From positions 68,221 to 132,220 of the forward strand of contig JBFGJH010000001.1 in the NCBI GenBank assembly GCA_041577335.1: a DNA stretch of 64,000 bases. Direction: 5' to 3'. Under the pieces are notes generated by a model. That model made no database searches and was not told the DNA's origin. It saw only the letters and a list, made by a program, of their open reading frames with translations. Shown piece after piece: positions 10,402 through 19,249 of this stretch; position 1 is the stretch's first letter, and the number at the start of each line of letters is the position of its first letter. Origin of the DNA: Acidimicrobiia bacterium (lineage in GTDB: Bacteria > Actinomycetota > Acidimicrobiia > Spongiisociales > JAENVV01). The translations under genes and the position numbers were made by a program.

Positions 10402-10743
10402 ATGACACGAACCAAGAAACTGATCATCGCCGGAGCCGTGGCAGCCGTAGTGGCCGTACCGGCCGTAGCGGTGTCGGCGCAGACCATCGGGGGCACCGAA
10501 GGTCCCGATGTCGCCATCACCGGCGAAGCGCTCGATCAGGCTTCGGCGGCAGCCCTTGCATATGTTGGTGAAGGGCAGGTGACCGAGACCGAGATCGAGG
10601 ACGAAGAGTCCTACTACGAGGTCGAGGTGACCCGAGCCGACGGAAGCCAAGTCGACGTGCAGCTCGATGAGAGCTTCACCGTGGTTGGATCCGAAGAAGA
10701 CGGGGCAGACGACGCTGCCGACGACGCGGTAACCGGCACCTAG
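10402..10743 (+). CDS. Secreted PepSY-domain protein
   Basis: Signal peptide; GQVTETEIEDEESYYEVEVTRADGSQVDVQLDE is a typical PepSY pattern; divergent from the two-component system. Confidence 0.85.
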   Translation: MTRTKKLIIAGAVAAVVAVPAVAVSAQTIGGTEGPDVAITGEALDQASAAALAYVGEGQVTETEIEDEESYYEVEVTRADGSQVDVQLDESFTVVGSEEDGADDAADDAVTGT

Positions 10744-10755
10744 ACACGCTGCAGA

Positions 10756-10788
10756 TCGATGGGTCGGAGCCTTCATCCGGCCCATCGA
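10756..10788. terminator. Hairpin between convergent PepSY and moeB genes (probable bidirectional terminator)
   Basis: TCGATGGGTCGGA-GCCTTCA-TCCGGCCCATCGA, a 13-bp stem with one G-U pair. Confidence 0.6.
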
Positions 10789-10794
10789 GGGCGA

Positions 10795-11901
10795 TCACGA
10801 CCGGGCGCCAACCGCCCCGCCGCACCCGACGCACTCGTCCGCCTGCGCCAGCCGCACTTCGGTGAATTCTTGACTGAGCGCGTCGTAGAGGACCAGCCTC
10901 CCTTCGAGGCTCGCTCCCATCCCCAGCAACAGCTTCAGGGTCTCTGTCGCCTGCAATGAGCCGATGACGGCTGGGAGCACGCCGAGGACGCCGGCGTCGG
11001 CGCAATTCGGCGCCAGCTCGGGCGGGGGCATATCCGGAAAGAGACATCGGTAACAGGGGCCATCGGCGCCGAACACCGTTACCTGACCTTCGAACCGGAA
11101 CACCGATCCGTGCACAAGAGGGATTCCGAGCCGGCGGGCGGCGTCACCAATGACATAGCGAGCGGCGAGGTTGTCGGTTCCGTCGACGATCACATCGTGG
11201 TTTGCCAACAGTGAGGCGGCGTTGTCTTCGGTGATCCTGACGCGATGCTCGATCACGGCGACATCGCGATTGATGGCCTCGATGGCACGCCGAGCCGATT
11301 CGGTCTTGGCCCAGCCAATCCGTTCCACCGAGTGGACGATCTGTCGCTGAAGATTCGAAATGTCGACATGGTCGTCGTCGACAACAGTCAACGAACCCAC
11401 CCCGGCGGCTGCCAGGTACAACATGACGGGCGAGCCGAGCCCTCCCGCTCCTACGACTGCCACCCGTGAATCCAGCAAGGCTTGTTGGCCACGCTCCCCG
11501 ACCTCGGCCAGCCTGGTGTGGCGCGCATAGCGGGCCGTCTGATCAGCTGTGAGCACGTCGGGCACACTCCACGGAAGGCCCGCTTCCTTCCATGCGTCAA
11601 ACCCGCCGGCCAGGTTGACGACTGCCGGATAGCCCATCTCGTGCAACGACTTGGCCGCAAGCGCTGACCGCCATCCCGAGGAGCAATACAGGCCAATACG
11701 GGTGGCGTGGTCGGGGACGAGATCTCCGATCCGACCTTCGAGCATTCCTCGCGACAGGGAAATCGCCCCACCGATCACGCCAGCGGCGGTCTCGTGTGAC
11801 TCACGAACGTCGATGATGACATCCACCAAACCCACGAACGCGGCTGGATCAGCCTCGGTGATGTCTCGCCTGGCAGCGGCGACGAGCTCCCGGTAGTCCA
11901 T
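10795..11901 (-). CDS. moeB: Rhodanese + ThiF/MoeB adenylyltransferase (sulfur-carrier activating enzyme)
   Basis: N-terminal rhodanese (IDVRE, YCSSGWRS), then RYARH, GAGGLGS, SNLQRQ, PCYRCLF and a C-terminal CxxC. Confidence 0.88.
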   Translation of the reverse strand: MDYRELVAAARRDITEADPAAFVGLVDVIIDVRESHETAAGVIGGAISLSRGMLEGRIGDLVPDHATRIGLYCSSGWRSALAAKSLHEMGYPAVVNLAGGFDAWKEAGLPWSVPDVLTADQTARYARHTRLAEVGERGQQALLDSRVAVVGAGGLGSPVMLYLAAAGVGSLTVVDDDHVDISNLQRQIVHSVERIGWAKTESARRAIEAINRDVAVIEHRVRITEDNAASLLANHDVIVDGTDNLAARYVIGDAARRLGIPLVHGSVFRFEGQVTVFGADGPCYRCLFPDMPPPELAPNCADAGVLGVLPAVIGSLQATETLKLLLGMGASLEGRLVLYDALSQEFTEVRLAQADECVGCGGAVGARS

Positions 11902-11910
11902 ATCGTCAGC

Positions 11911-12372
11911 CTAGGTGGCATCCGGACGTTGCGGCATCTGACGGACCCTGAAGCGAATCCGTTTCCGCTCGATGTCGTCGAGAGAAACCACGAAGGCATA
12001 CCCGCCGGCCTGGCGGAATGGAACATTGTTGAACGTGTAGGCCTGCACCATCCCGATCGATTCGCCGTCGGCGACCGTTGGGGGCCGGCGCACGGGGAAC
12101 TGATGACGGACCGGACCGCTGGTGAAGAGCGAATGGCCGTCTTCGTCCTGTAAGGAGATTTCCAGCCTGACTGTTTTGCCGTCGTACGTCCATGGGACCA
12201 CGATCCGCAGCCCCAGCGCCAAGGTGTGGTGTCTCGCCGGGAAAGCCCGCACGGTGAGGGTGTCCCATCCACCGCCAAGCACGAACAGCTTGCCTCCCGA
12301 TGCCTGTACGGCGTCGGCGATGAGCCCGAAGTCCACGGTTGGGGTGAGGGCTGGGTCCTCTGAGATATCCAC
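11911..12372 (-). CDS. Conserved hypothetical protein (DUF6941-like)
   Basis: ADAVQASGGKLFVLGGGWD motif; directly follows the sugar transferase stop. Confidence 0.6.
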   Translation of the reverse strand: MDISEDPALTPTVDFGLIADAVQASGGKLFVLGGGWDTLTVRAFPARHHTLALGLRIVVPWTYDGKTVRLEISLQDEDGHSLFTSGPVRHQFPVRRPPTVADGESIGMVQAYTFNNVPFRQAGGYAFVVSLDDIERKRIRFRVRQMPQRPDAT

Positions 12373-13662
12373 TCAGCGGGCCCCGAAGCCCGACAGCACC
12401 GTCCACACGGATTGCCCGAGGATTTCGAGGTCGAGCCACGGTGACATGTGTTTCACGTAGTACAAGTCATAGGTGAGCTTCTCGATGGTGTCGGCCTGGT
12501 CGTCTGCATATCCGTAGTTGACCTGTGCCCACCCGGTGACTCCCGGTCTCACGAGGTGGCGATGCGAGTAGAAGGGGATCTCCGTGTTGAAACGCTCGAC
12601 GAATTCCACCTGCTCGGGCCGGGGCCCCACCAGGCTGAGATCTCCCTTGAGGACGTTGACCAGTTGCGGGAGCTCATCGACCCGGAACCTGCGCAACATG
12701 CGACCCACCCGGGTCAGCCGATCGTCATCACGGAGCGCGAACTTCGGGCCAAACCGCTCAGCTCCGGCGACCATGGTGCGGAACTTGTAGAGCGTGAACC
12801 GTTGGCCGTTGCGACCTACCCGATCCTGTTTGAAGATCACTGGACGGCCCGAGCCAATCATCACGGCCGCGGCAATGATCGCCGCCGCCGGCACCCAGAC
12901 AACCGCCGTTGCCACCACCAGGAGGAACTCAACGAGCCTCTTGCCTCCGAGGTAGGGGGCCGTGCGGGTGACCGGCGCGGAGAGCTCCCAGCCTTCGGCC
13001 AGATGGATGATCGGCATCCGCCCGGTGTGCTGTTCATAGACGGTCGAGAACGCCGAGACGGTGTAGCCCGCCAGGTTGCACGACGAGACAAACTGGGCCA
13101 TCCGGTCTGACAGGACATCGCGAAGATCGACGGCCACGGTCATGCCGGTGGGAAGCGGATCGACTTCTCCTTCGGTGCCAGGGTCGATGACACCGTAGAG
13201 GTCGACATGAGGAGCGTTGCGGAGATCGTCGATCAGCTGCTTGTGCGAGGAGATGACCACCATCGGCTCGGTCCACGGCCGCCGGCGACGAATCGCCCGG
13301 TGCAGCAACGCACCGGCCGCCCAGATCACAGCCACCTCGGCGATGAAGGCGTTGGACCAATAAGGCTGGCGGGTTCCAATGATGCCCAAGGGCACCAGGG
13401 CCACCGTGATTCCCACGATGGCCAACGCCCGACCGTAGGTCGGCCGAGGGACCCCTGTTCGCGCCGATATCTGATAGGCGAGTGCCGACGCCACCGCGGC
13501 GCCGACGCCAAAGAGCGCCACCATCGGCCAGATCGAACGACCTTGGCTGAGTGACACCGCCCACGGCAGTCGGCCGTATTCAAGGAGCGATGCGAGTGAT
13601 AATGCGACGCCCAGCGCGACAAAGTCGGCGAGCGCCGTCGAAAGGACAAAACGCCTCCGCAT
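12373..13662 (-). CDS. Polyprenyl-phosphate glycosyl-1-phosphate transferase (priming sugar transferase)
   Basis: N-terminal TM segments; KFRTM, DELPQLVNVLKGDLSLVGPRPE, RPGVTGWAQV and YDLYY. Confidence 0.93.
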   Translation of the reverse strand: MRRRFVLSTALADFVALGVALSLASLLEYGRLPWAVSLSQGRSIWPMVALFGVGAAVASALAYQISARTGVPRPTYGRALAIVGITVALVPLGIIGTRQPYWSNAFIAEVAVIWAAGALLHRAIRRRRPWTEPMVVISSHKQLIDDLRNAPHVDLYGVIDPGTEGEVDPLPTGMTVAVDLRDVLSDRMAQFVSSCNLAGYTVSAFSTVYEQHTGRMPIIHLAEGWELSAPVTRTAPYLGGKRLVEFLLVVATAVVWVPAAAIIAAAVMIGSGRPVIFKQDRVGRNGQRFTLYKFRTMVAGAERFGPKFALRDDDRLTRVGRMLRRFRVDELPQLVNVLKGDLSLVGPRPEQVEFVERFNTEIPFYSHRHLVRPGVTGWAQVNYGYADDQADTIEKLTYDLYYVKHMSPWLDLEILGQSVWTVLSGFGAR

Positions 13663-13723
13663 AGCGGGTCAGCTTACTCCACAGCCAGGCGCATACAACG
13701 GTGCGCTATTCACCCGGCGCTCC

Positions 13724-15151
13724 TCAACCGGCCAAATCCTCGGCGAGAGCGATGAGGGTTCTCACGCCAAAGCCGGAGGCGCCTTCGGTCTGATAGTGCT
13801 CGGCTTTCCCAGGCCACGCCGGGCCGGCGATGTCGAGGTGGGCCCACGGCGTCTCACCGACGAACTCACGAAGGAACAGCGCCGCATGAATCGCTCCTCC
13901 GTATCGATGCGACGCAACATTCTTCATATCAGCCACCTCCGAATCGATGTCAGCCCGATAGTCATCGGGAAGTGGCATGCGCCACACCCGCTCGCCGGCT
14001 CGCCGTGCCGCGGCTGCAACTTGATCGGCGGCGGCATCGTCGGCCGCAAACAGCCCGGCGATCTTCGGACCGAGTGCCACCTTGCAGGCCCCGGTGAGCG
14101 TGGCGAGGTCCACCATGAGATCTGGTTCGCTCTCGGCCCCGAGGGAGAGCCCATCCGCCAATACCAAGCGACCCTCGGCGTCGGTGTTCAAGACCTCCAT
14201 CGTCTTGCCGTTTCGTGCCGATAGCACGTCGCCAGGGCGGGTCGCCGAACCGGACGGCATGTTCTCGGTGAGGGGCGTGATGGCAATCACCCGGACGCCG
14301 ATCTCGAGCCGGGCGATCGCTTCAAACGCACCGATCACAGCAGCGGCACCGGCCATGTCCGTCTTCATGTCTTTCATGTGCTCGTAGCTCTTGAGGCTCA
14401 GCCCGCCCGAGTCGAACACGATCCCTTTGCCCACCAGCACGAGCGTTTTCGAAGCGTCCGCCGGCGCCCATTCCATCCGGAGCATTCGGGCAGGGCGTTC
14501 GGAGCCGGCGTTGACACCGGCCAGCCCGCCGAAACCTGCCGCCGAGATTTGATCGCCATCCCAGGTCTGAACGATGGCCCCCACCTCGGCCGCCATCGCC
14601 ACTGCTTCTCGGGTGATCAACTCCGGCGATTTGTCGGCGGCGGGCGTGTTGACCAACGTCCGCGCCCTGACCACTGCTGCGGCCGAGATGGCGGCTCGAC
14701 CGACCTCGTCAGCTAGGTCGTCGTCGGAGACGAGATGAAGGTCGGGACGATCACCAGATTCGTCGTCCGAGGTCTTGTAGCGCGTGAATCCATAGGATCC
14801 GAGCAGGTATCCCTCGGCAACCGCGCCGGCCGCCCCCTCGACGCCCACTTGATGGAGCGTCGTGGCTACCGAGCCTGCCTTGGCGACCACACCCGCCAAG
14901 GCGCCGGCGGCTCGGCGGATGCCCTCGGCATCGACCTCGTCGCCCAATCCCACGAGGTAGCCGACTCTCGCCCCGGGTACAGCGACAACCTGTCCGTGTG
15001 CTCCCGTGAACTTGAGTTGGTCGAGATACGCTTCAAGCGACGACGGATCCTCGCTCACGAGCCCGATGCCGGGGCCCCACAGCCGGTCTGAGAAAACAGG
15101 GACGGCAACCGCTTCGGTCGGTTGATCTGGTCCATAGGTGATGTCTGGCAT
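13724..15151 (-). CDS. pepA: Leucyl aminopeptidase (M17)
   Basis: VGKGIVFDSGG, MKTDMAGAA, NTDAEGRL and WAHLDIAG. Confidence 0.95.
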   Translation of the reverse strand: MPDITYGPDQPTEAVAVPVFSDRLWGPGIGLVSEDPSSLEAYLDQLKFTGAHGQVVAVPGARVGYLVGLGDEVDAEGIRRAAGALAGVVAKAGSVATTLHQVGVEGAAGAVAEGYLLGSYGFTRYKTSDDESGDRPDLHLVSDDDLADEVGRAAISAAAVVRARTLVNTPAADKSPELITREAVAMAAEVGAIVQTWDGDQISAAGFGGLAGVNAGSERPARMLRMEWAPADASKTLVLVGKGIVFDSGGLSLKSYEHMKDMKTDMAGAAAVIGAFEAIARLEIGVRVIAITPLTENMPSGSATRPGDVLSARNGKTMEVLNTDAEGRLVLADGLSLGAESEPDLMVDLATLTGACKVALGPKIAGLFAADDAAADQVAAAARRAGERVWRMPLPDDYRADIDSEVADMKNVASHRYGGAIHAALFLREFVGETPWAHLDIAGPAWPGKAEHYQTEGASGFGVRTLIALAEDLAG

Positions 15152-15193
15152 GGTTCTCCCTGCAATTTCGGTCGGTTGCGAATTGACCCTCGA

Positions 15194-15871
15194 TCAGAAT
15201 GGCAGGCTAGCGAGCAGATTCCCCGCGTCCCCAACCAGCGAGCGGCCGGCCACGATGGCTCCCAAAGAGGTGAGCACCGCCAAATACGACAGACCGGTTG
15301 CTGCCATGACGCCTGTGTAACTCGGTTCGTTCAGGGCAAACCAGACGGCCACCATCAGCAAGACACTCATGCCGCTGAGGGCGAGGAACGCCCAAGCCAC
15401 GACTCCGGAGCCAAGGGAGACCCCGGCGATGAACAGCAACGCCGCGTCGATTGCGAGACCGAGCGCGCCGGTCGCGTCGAGAGACTTGAGCGCCCAGCGC
15501 GGCATCTGCGGGTTCACGAGGTACCAATGACCGAGCAGCATTTCATCGGTGACCCCGCCGAGGGCTACGGCACCGGCGATGGCAAGCACCCAGCCTCCCT
15601 CAGAGGCGGCCTGAGTCACGAAACCGGCGGCCGCAGCGGCATAGGCGATTGCGGCCACAACGGGCCGGCGAGCTGACAGCCCGGCAACGATCACGGCGAC
15701 GATGCCGATGACTGCGGCCGGCCCAGCTCGGAAGGTCCATGCGCCAACCAGGAGCGTGGCGCCGCTCATCGTCCAGAAGAACCCCGGACCGACGATTCGC
15801 CACCAGGCGACAGCTGCGGTGCCCGCGGCCATCCCGGCTGCCCACATCGACAGCACCAGGGCAGGAGTCAA
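15194..15871 (-). CDS. Polytopic membrane protein of unknown function (start uncertain: 15871 or 15904)
   Basis: About 7 hydrophobic segments with a conserved-looking MLLGHWYLVNP motif. Confidence 0.65.
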   Translation of the reverse strand: MTPALVLSMWAAGMAAGTAAVAWWRIVGPGFFWTMSGATLLVGAWTFRAGPAAVIGIVAVIVAGLSARRPVVAAIAYAAAAAGFVTQAASEGGWVLAIAGAVALGGVTDEMLLGHWYLVNPQMPRWALKSLDATGALGLAIDAALLFIAGVSLGSGVVAWAFLALSGMSVLLMVAVWFALNEPSYTGVMAATGLSYLAVLTSLGAIVAGRSLVGDAGNLLASLPF

Positions 15872-15931
15872 GACAAAGTCTGGATCGAGAACGATTTCCT
15901 CCACCGGCGGGCGACCCGGCATTATACGGAG

Positions 15932-16924
15932 GTGATGAGCAGCAGCTTCAACGCCGAATGGCCCCCGGTGACCATCGTCATCCCGGTTCGCAACGAGGTC
16001 GACGCGATCACCAACGCCCTTGCCGGCATCCACAGTCAGGACTATCCGGGGGATATCGAGATCGTCGTGGCCGACGGAATGAGCGACGACGGAACCCGCC
16101 AAGTCCTCGAGGGGTTCGAGAAAGTCATCGTCGTCGACAACGTCGACCGAATCACACCGGCCGGGCTCAACCGCGCCATCGAGCGGGCCTCAGGCGAAGT
16201 GATCGTGCGCTGCGACGCCCATTCGGTCTTTCCAGCCAACTATGTTCGAAGAGCGGTCGAAGTGCTCCAGGCGACCGGTGCCGACAACGTCGGGGGCGTG
16301 CAACGAGCATTCGGCGACCGGCCCATGCAGGAGGCCATCGCCGCCGCCATGTCGTCGCCCATCGGCGTCGGAGACGCAAGATTTCACTATGGGGGCGCCC
16401 CCGGTCCAGTCGACACGGTCTATCTGGGCGCTTTTCCGCGCTCCGTCTTCGAACGTGTGGGATGGTTCGACGAAACCCTGACGCGCAACCAGGATTACGA
16501 GCTGAACATCAGAATCCGCAGCGCAGGAGGCATCGTCTACTTCGACCCCGATCTCGTCGTCGACTACCGGCCGCGAGCGTCACTCGCCGCCCTTTGGCGC
16601 CAATATTTCGACTATGGGACATGGAAACGCCAGGTCGTGAGCAAGCATCCTGCTTCCTTGCGGCTGCGCCAGCTCGCTCCTCCTTTGCTCATCGTTGGCT
16701 TGGTCATGTCGGCCGGCATTGCGCTGGCTGGATGGTATGTCCCGGCGGCTGTGATCCCCGCTGCGTGGGTCACCCTCCTCGTCGCGGGGACCGTATGGTC
16801 CACTGTCAGCCAACGCAAGGCGTCCTCGCTCCTCTTCGGGTTGGCCGCCGGAACGATGCACCTCGCCTGGGGGCTCGGCTTCATGACCGGCCGGTCCGCT
16901 CAGCCCTCCAGCAAGCCTTCGTAG
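15932..16924 (+). CDS. GT2 glycosyltransferase (ExoA-like)
   Basis: IVIPVRNE, ADGMSDDGT, RCDAH and RNQDYELN; C-terminal TM segments. Confidence 0.9.
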   Translation: MMSSSFNAEWPPVTIVIPVRNEVDAITNALAGIHSQDYPGDIEIVVADGMSDDGTRQVLEGFEKVIVVDNVDRITPAGLNRAIERASGEVIVRCDAHSVFPANYVRRAVEVLQATGADNVGGVQRAFGDRPMQEAIAAAMSSPIGVGDARFHYGGAPGPVDTVYLGAFPRSVFERVGWFDETLTRNQDYELNIRIRSAGGIVYFDPDLVVDYRPRASLAALWRQYFDYGTWKRQVVSKHPASLRLRQLAPPLLIVGLVMSAGIALAGWYVPAAVIPAAWVTLLVAGTVWSTVSQRKASSLLFGLAAGTMHLAWGLGFMTGRSAQPSSKPS

Positions 16925-17955
16925 AACGAACGAACCTTCTCGGCCGGCCACCGGAGGCTGCCGAGCGAATCCGCCATGGATCCATGACCGGCAGATCCAT
17001 CACCATCCCCCACGAACGCGTTCAATGCCGCCGCCCACGCGTCCCGATCGCCCGGGGGAACGAGTACGACCGAGGGCTCGGCGCCGACGACATCTCGCGT
17101 CCCTGGTAGGTCCGATGCGATCACGGGAAGGCCCAGCGAGAGATATTCCAGGATCTTGGTGGGCAGCGAATTTCGATAGTTGGGGATGTCCATCAGCGGA
17201 GACACGGCCACAGTGGCAGTGGCGGCTCGCTCGAGAGCCTCGCGATGCGGGAGCCGTCCAAGCAACTGCAGGTCGACACGCCGTTGCTCGGCTTGCTCCT
17301 TCAGGGATGCGGCGAGGTCGTCCTCGCAGGGCCCGATCACCGTCAACTCGGTCCCTGCAGACATCACATCGAGGAGGAAGGGTATTCCGCGCTGAGCGGT
17401 GACGCTGCCCACGTAGACGACCTCATTGGGACTTCGAGAGCCGGCTCGCCGGGGAGTATGGGCGCGGTCCGGGTAGTTCGGAAAGACCGGGTGGTCGGCC
17501 GCGAAGAGCTCTCGGTAACCCGCCTCGGCCAGGGTGATATCGATCACCGGCTCAGCCGCCCGCAACATCCATCCAGCCACCCGACTCACCAGCGTTCGCA
17601 CGGGCACCCATTCTTTGGTGGCGATCTGACCCGGGATATGTTCGTGCACGTCAAAAACCACCCGCTTCTTCCGAATCATGCGAGTCACCAACGCCGCAGG
17701 AACGAGCTCGGGGTCAGTGATCAACGCCACGGCGTAGTCGGCCCTGAGGAGCGCCCACAACGCAGCGAGATTTCGGGCGAGTCTGCCGCCGGGAAGCACC
17801 CGCCACTCGAAACCGGCTCCATCGGTCGGGGCAGGAGAACGGGTCCGATAGGTGATGTCCCAATCTGGAGCCAGCGTGCGAAGCGTCTTCTCGCGAATTC
17901 GGGTGTCGTCGGCGTGATGGACCACCGAGACCACCAGGAGCCGCGGTTTCGTCAC
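16900..17955 (-). CDS. GT4 glycosyltransferase
   Basis: VFDVHE, YVGSVTAQRG and PTKILEYLSLGLPVIASD. Confidence 0.88.
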   Translation of the reverse strand: MTKPRLLVVSVVHHADDTRIREKTLRTLAPDWDITYRTRSPAPTDGAGFEWRVLPGGRLARNLAALWALLRADYAVALITDPELVPAALVTRMIRKKRVVFDVHEHIPGQIATKEWVPVRTLVSRVAGWMLRAAEPVIDITLAEAGYRELFAADHPVFPNYPDRAHTPRRAGSRSPNEVVYVGSVTAQRGIPFLLDVMSAGTELTVIGPCEDDLAASLKEQAEQRRVDLQLLGRLPHREALERAATATVAVSPLMDIPNYRNSLPTKILEYLSLGLPVIASDLPGTRDVVGAEPSVVLVPPGDRDAWAAALNAFVGDGDGSAGHGSMADSLGSLRWPAEKVRSFYEGLLEG

Positions 17956-19238
17956 AACACCTCGACGTTGGGGGCATCGATACCACGCCGAGCCAGCGCG
18001 TTTCTGGCATCGAAGACGGGCGGCCCCAGGCGCACCAGTGCCTGATAGTCGACGACATCGTGATCGGTGAGAATCACAACGAGATCGATATCCTCGAGCT
18101 CAGCCGGGATCGCCACCGTCTCGTAGGCAAGCCGCTCGGAGTCGACGAGGGGGTCGTGAACCAGGACATGGGCACCGCGCGCGGCCAGAATGTCGAGAAC
18201 CTGGATGGATGCCGACTCGCGGTCGTCGCCGATATTCGGCTTGTAGGCAACGCCCACGCCGAGTATCCGGCTGCCAAACACAGGCTTGCCGGCGCGGTTG
18301 AGCGCATCGGCCACCCGATCGGCGGTGTAGGAGGGCATTCTCGAATTGACTTGCTCGGCGGTGTCGATGAACCGTGTTGCGAAGTTGGCCTCACGCGCTC
18401 GCCAGGCGAGAAACTGCGGGTCGAGGGGAATGCAATGGCCACCGACGCCCGGGCCGGGATAGAACGCCTGGAAACCGAACGGCTTGGTGGAGGCGGCATC
18501 GACAACCTCCCAGATGTTGATATCGAGCTCGTGGCTCAGCTGCGCCATCTCATTGATCAGTCCGATATTCACAGCTCGATACGTGTTCTCGAGGAGTTTG
18601 GCCATCTCGGCCGCCTTGGCGGACGAGACCGGGAACACATCTGCCATCAGCCGGCCATAGGCGGCAGCCGCCACCTTGGTGGAGAGCGGGCTGACCCCTC
18701 CAACTACCTTGGGGATCTCCCCCGTCTTGATTCCGTCCCCTGGGGAAACACGCTCGGGGGAGAACGCCACGAACACGTCGGCGTCGAGACGCAACCCGCC
18801 GCCGGTGACCGCCGGAATCAGGATGTCGTCCGTGGTCCCCGGGTAGGTAGTCGACTCCAACACGATCAGTTGGCCCGGGCGGACGATGCTCGCCACCGTC
18901 GCCGCGGCTCCCTCGATGTACGACAGGTCGGGCTGGCGGTTCCGGCCGAGAGGCGACGGCACACAGATGAAGATGGCGTCGGCTTGGGCCAGCATCGTCG
19001 GTTCTGCTGTGAAACGAGCACCCTGGGCCAACGCCGCCCGCAAGGTCTCATCGTCCACGTCCTCGACATGTGACCGACCCTCGTTGAGCGCCGCGGCTCG
19101 CTGCGCCGAAACGTCAAAGCCAATGACGCCGAGCCCTGCCTTGGCTACGGTGATGGCGAGCGGCAACCCAACGTACCCGAGCCCAACCACTCCGGCCGTC
19201 CAGCGTTCCTGCTCGAAACGGCGAATCGCTTCATTCAT
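17952..19238 (-). CDS. Nucleotide-sugar dehydrogenase (UDP-HexNAc 6-dehydrogenase, WbpA/WecC family)
   Basis: GLGYVGLP, LESTTYPGTT, FSPER, KLLENTYR and GGHCIPLDP. Confidence 0.93.
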   Translation of the reverse strand: MNEAIRRFEQERWTAGVVGLGYVGLPLAITVAKAGLGVIGFDVSAQRAAALNEGRSHVEDVDDETLRAALAQGARFTAEPTMLAQADAIFICVPSPLGRNRQPDLSYIEGAAATVASIVRPGQLIVLESTTYPGTTDDILIPAVTGGGLRLDADVFVAFSPERVSPGDGIKTGEIPKVVGGVSPLSTKVAAAAYGRLMADVFPVSSAKAAEMAKLLENTYRAVNIGLINEMAQLSHELDINIWEVVDAASTKPFGFQAFYPGPGVGGHCIPLDPQFLAWRAREANFATRFIDTAEQVNSRMPSYTADRVADALNRAGKPVFGSRILGVGVAYKPNIGDDRESASIQVLDILAARGAHVLVHDPLVDSERLAYETVAIPAELEDIDLVVILTDHDVVDYQALVRLGPPVFDARNALARRGIDAPNVEVL

Positions 19239-19249
19239 GTGCCGAGATC

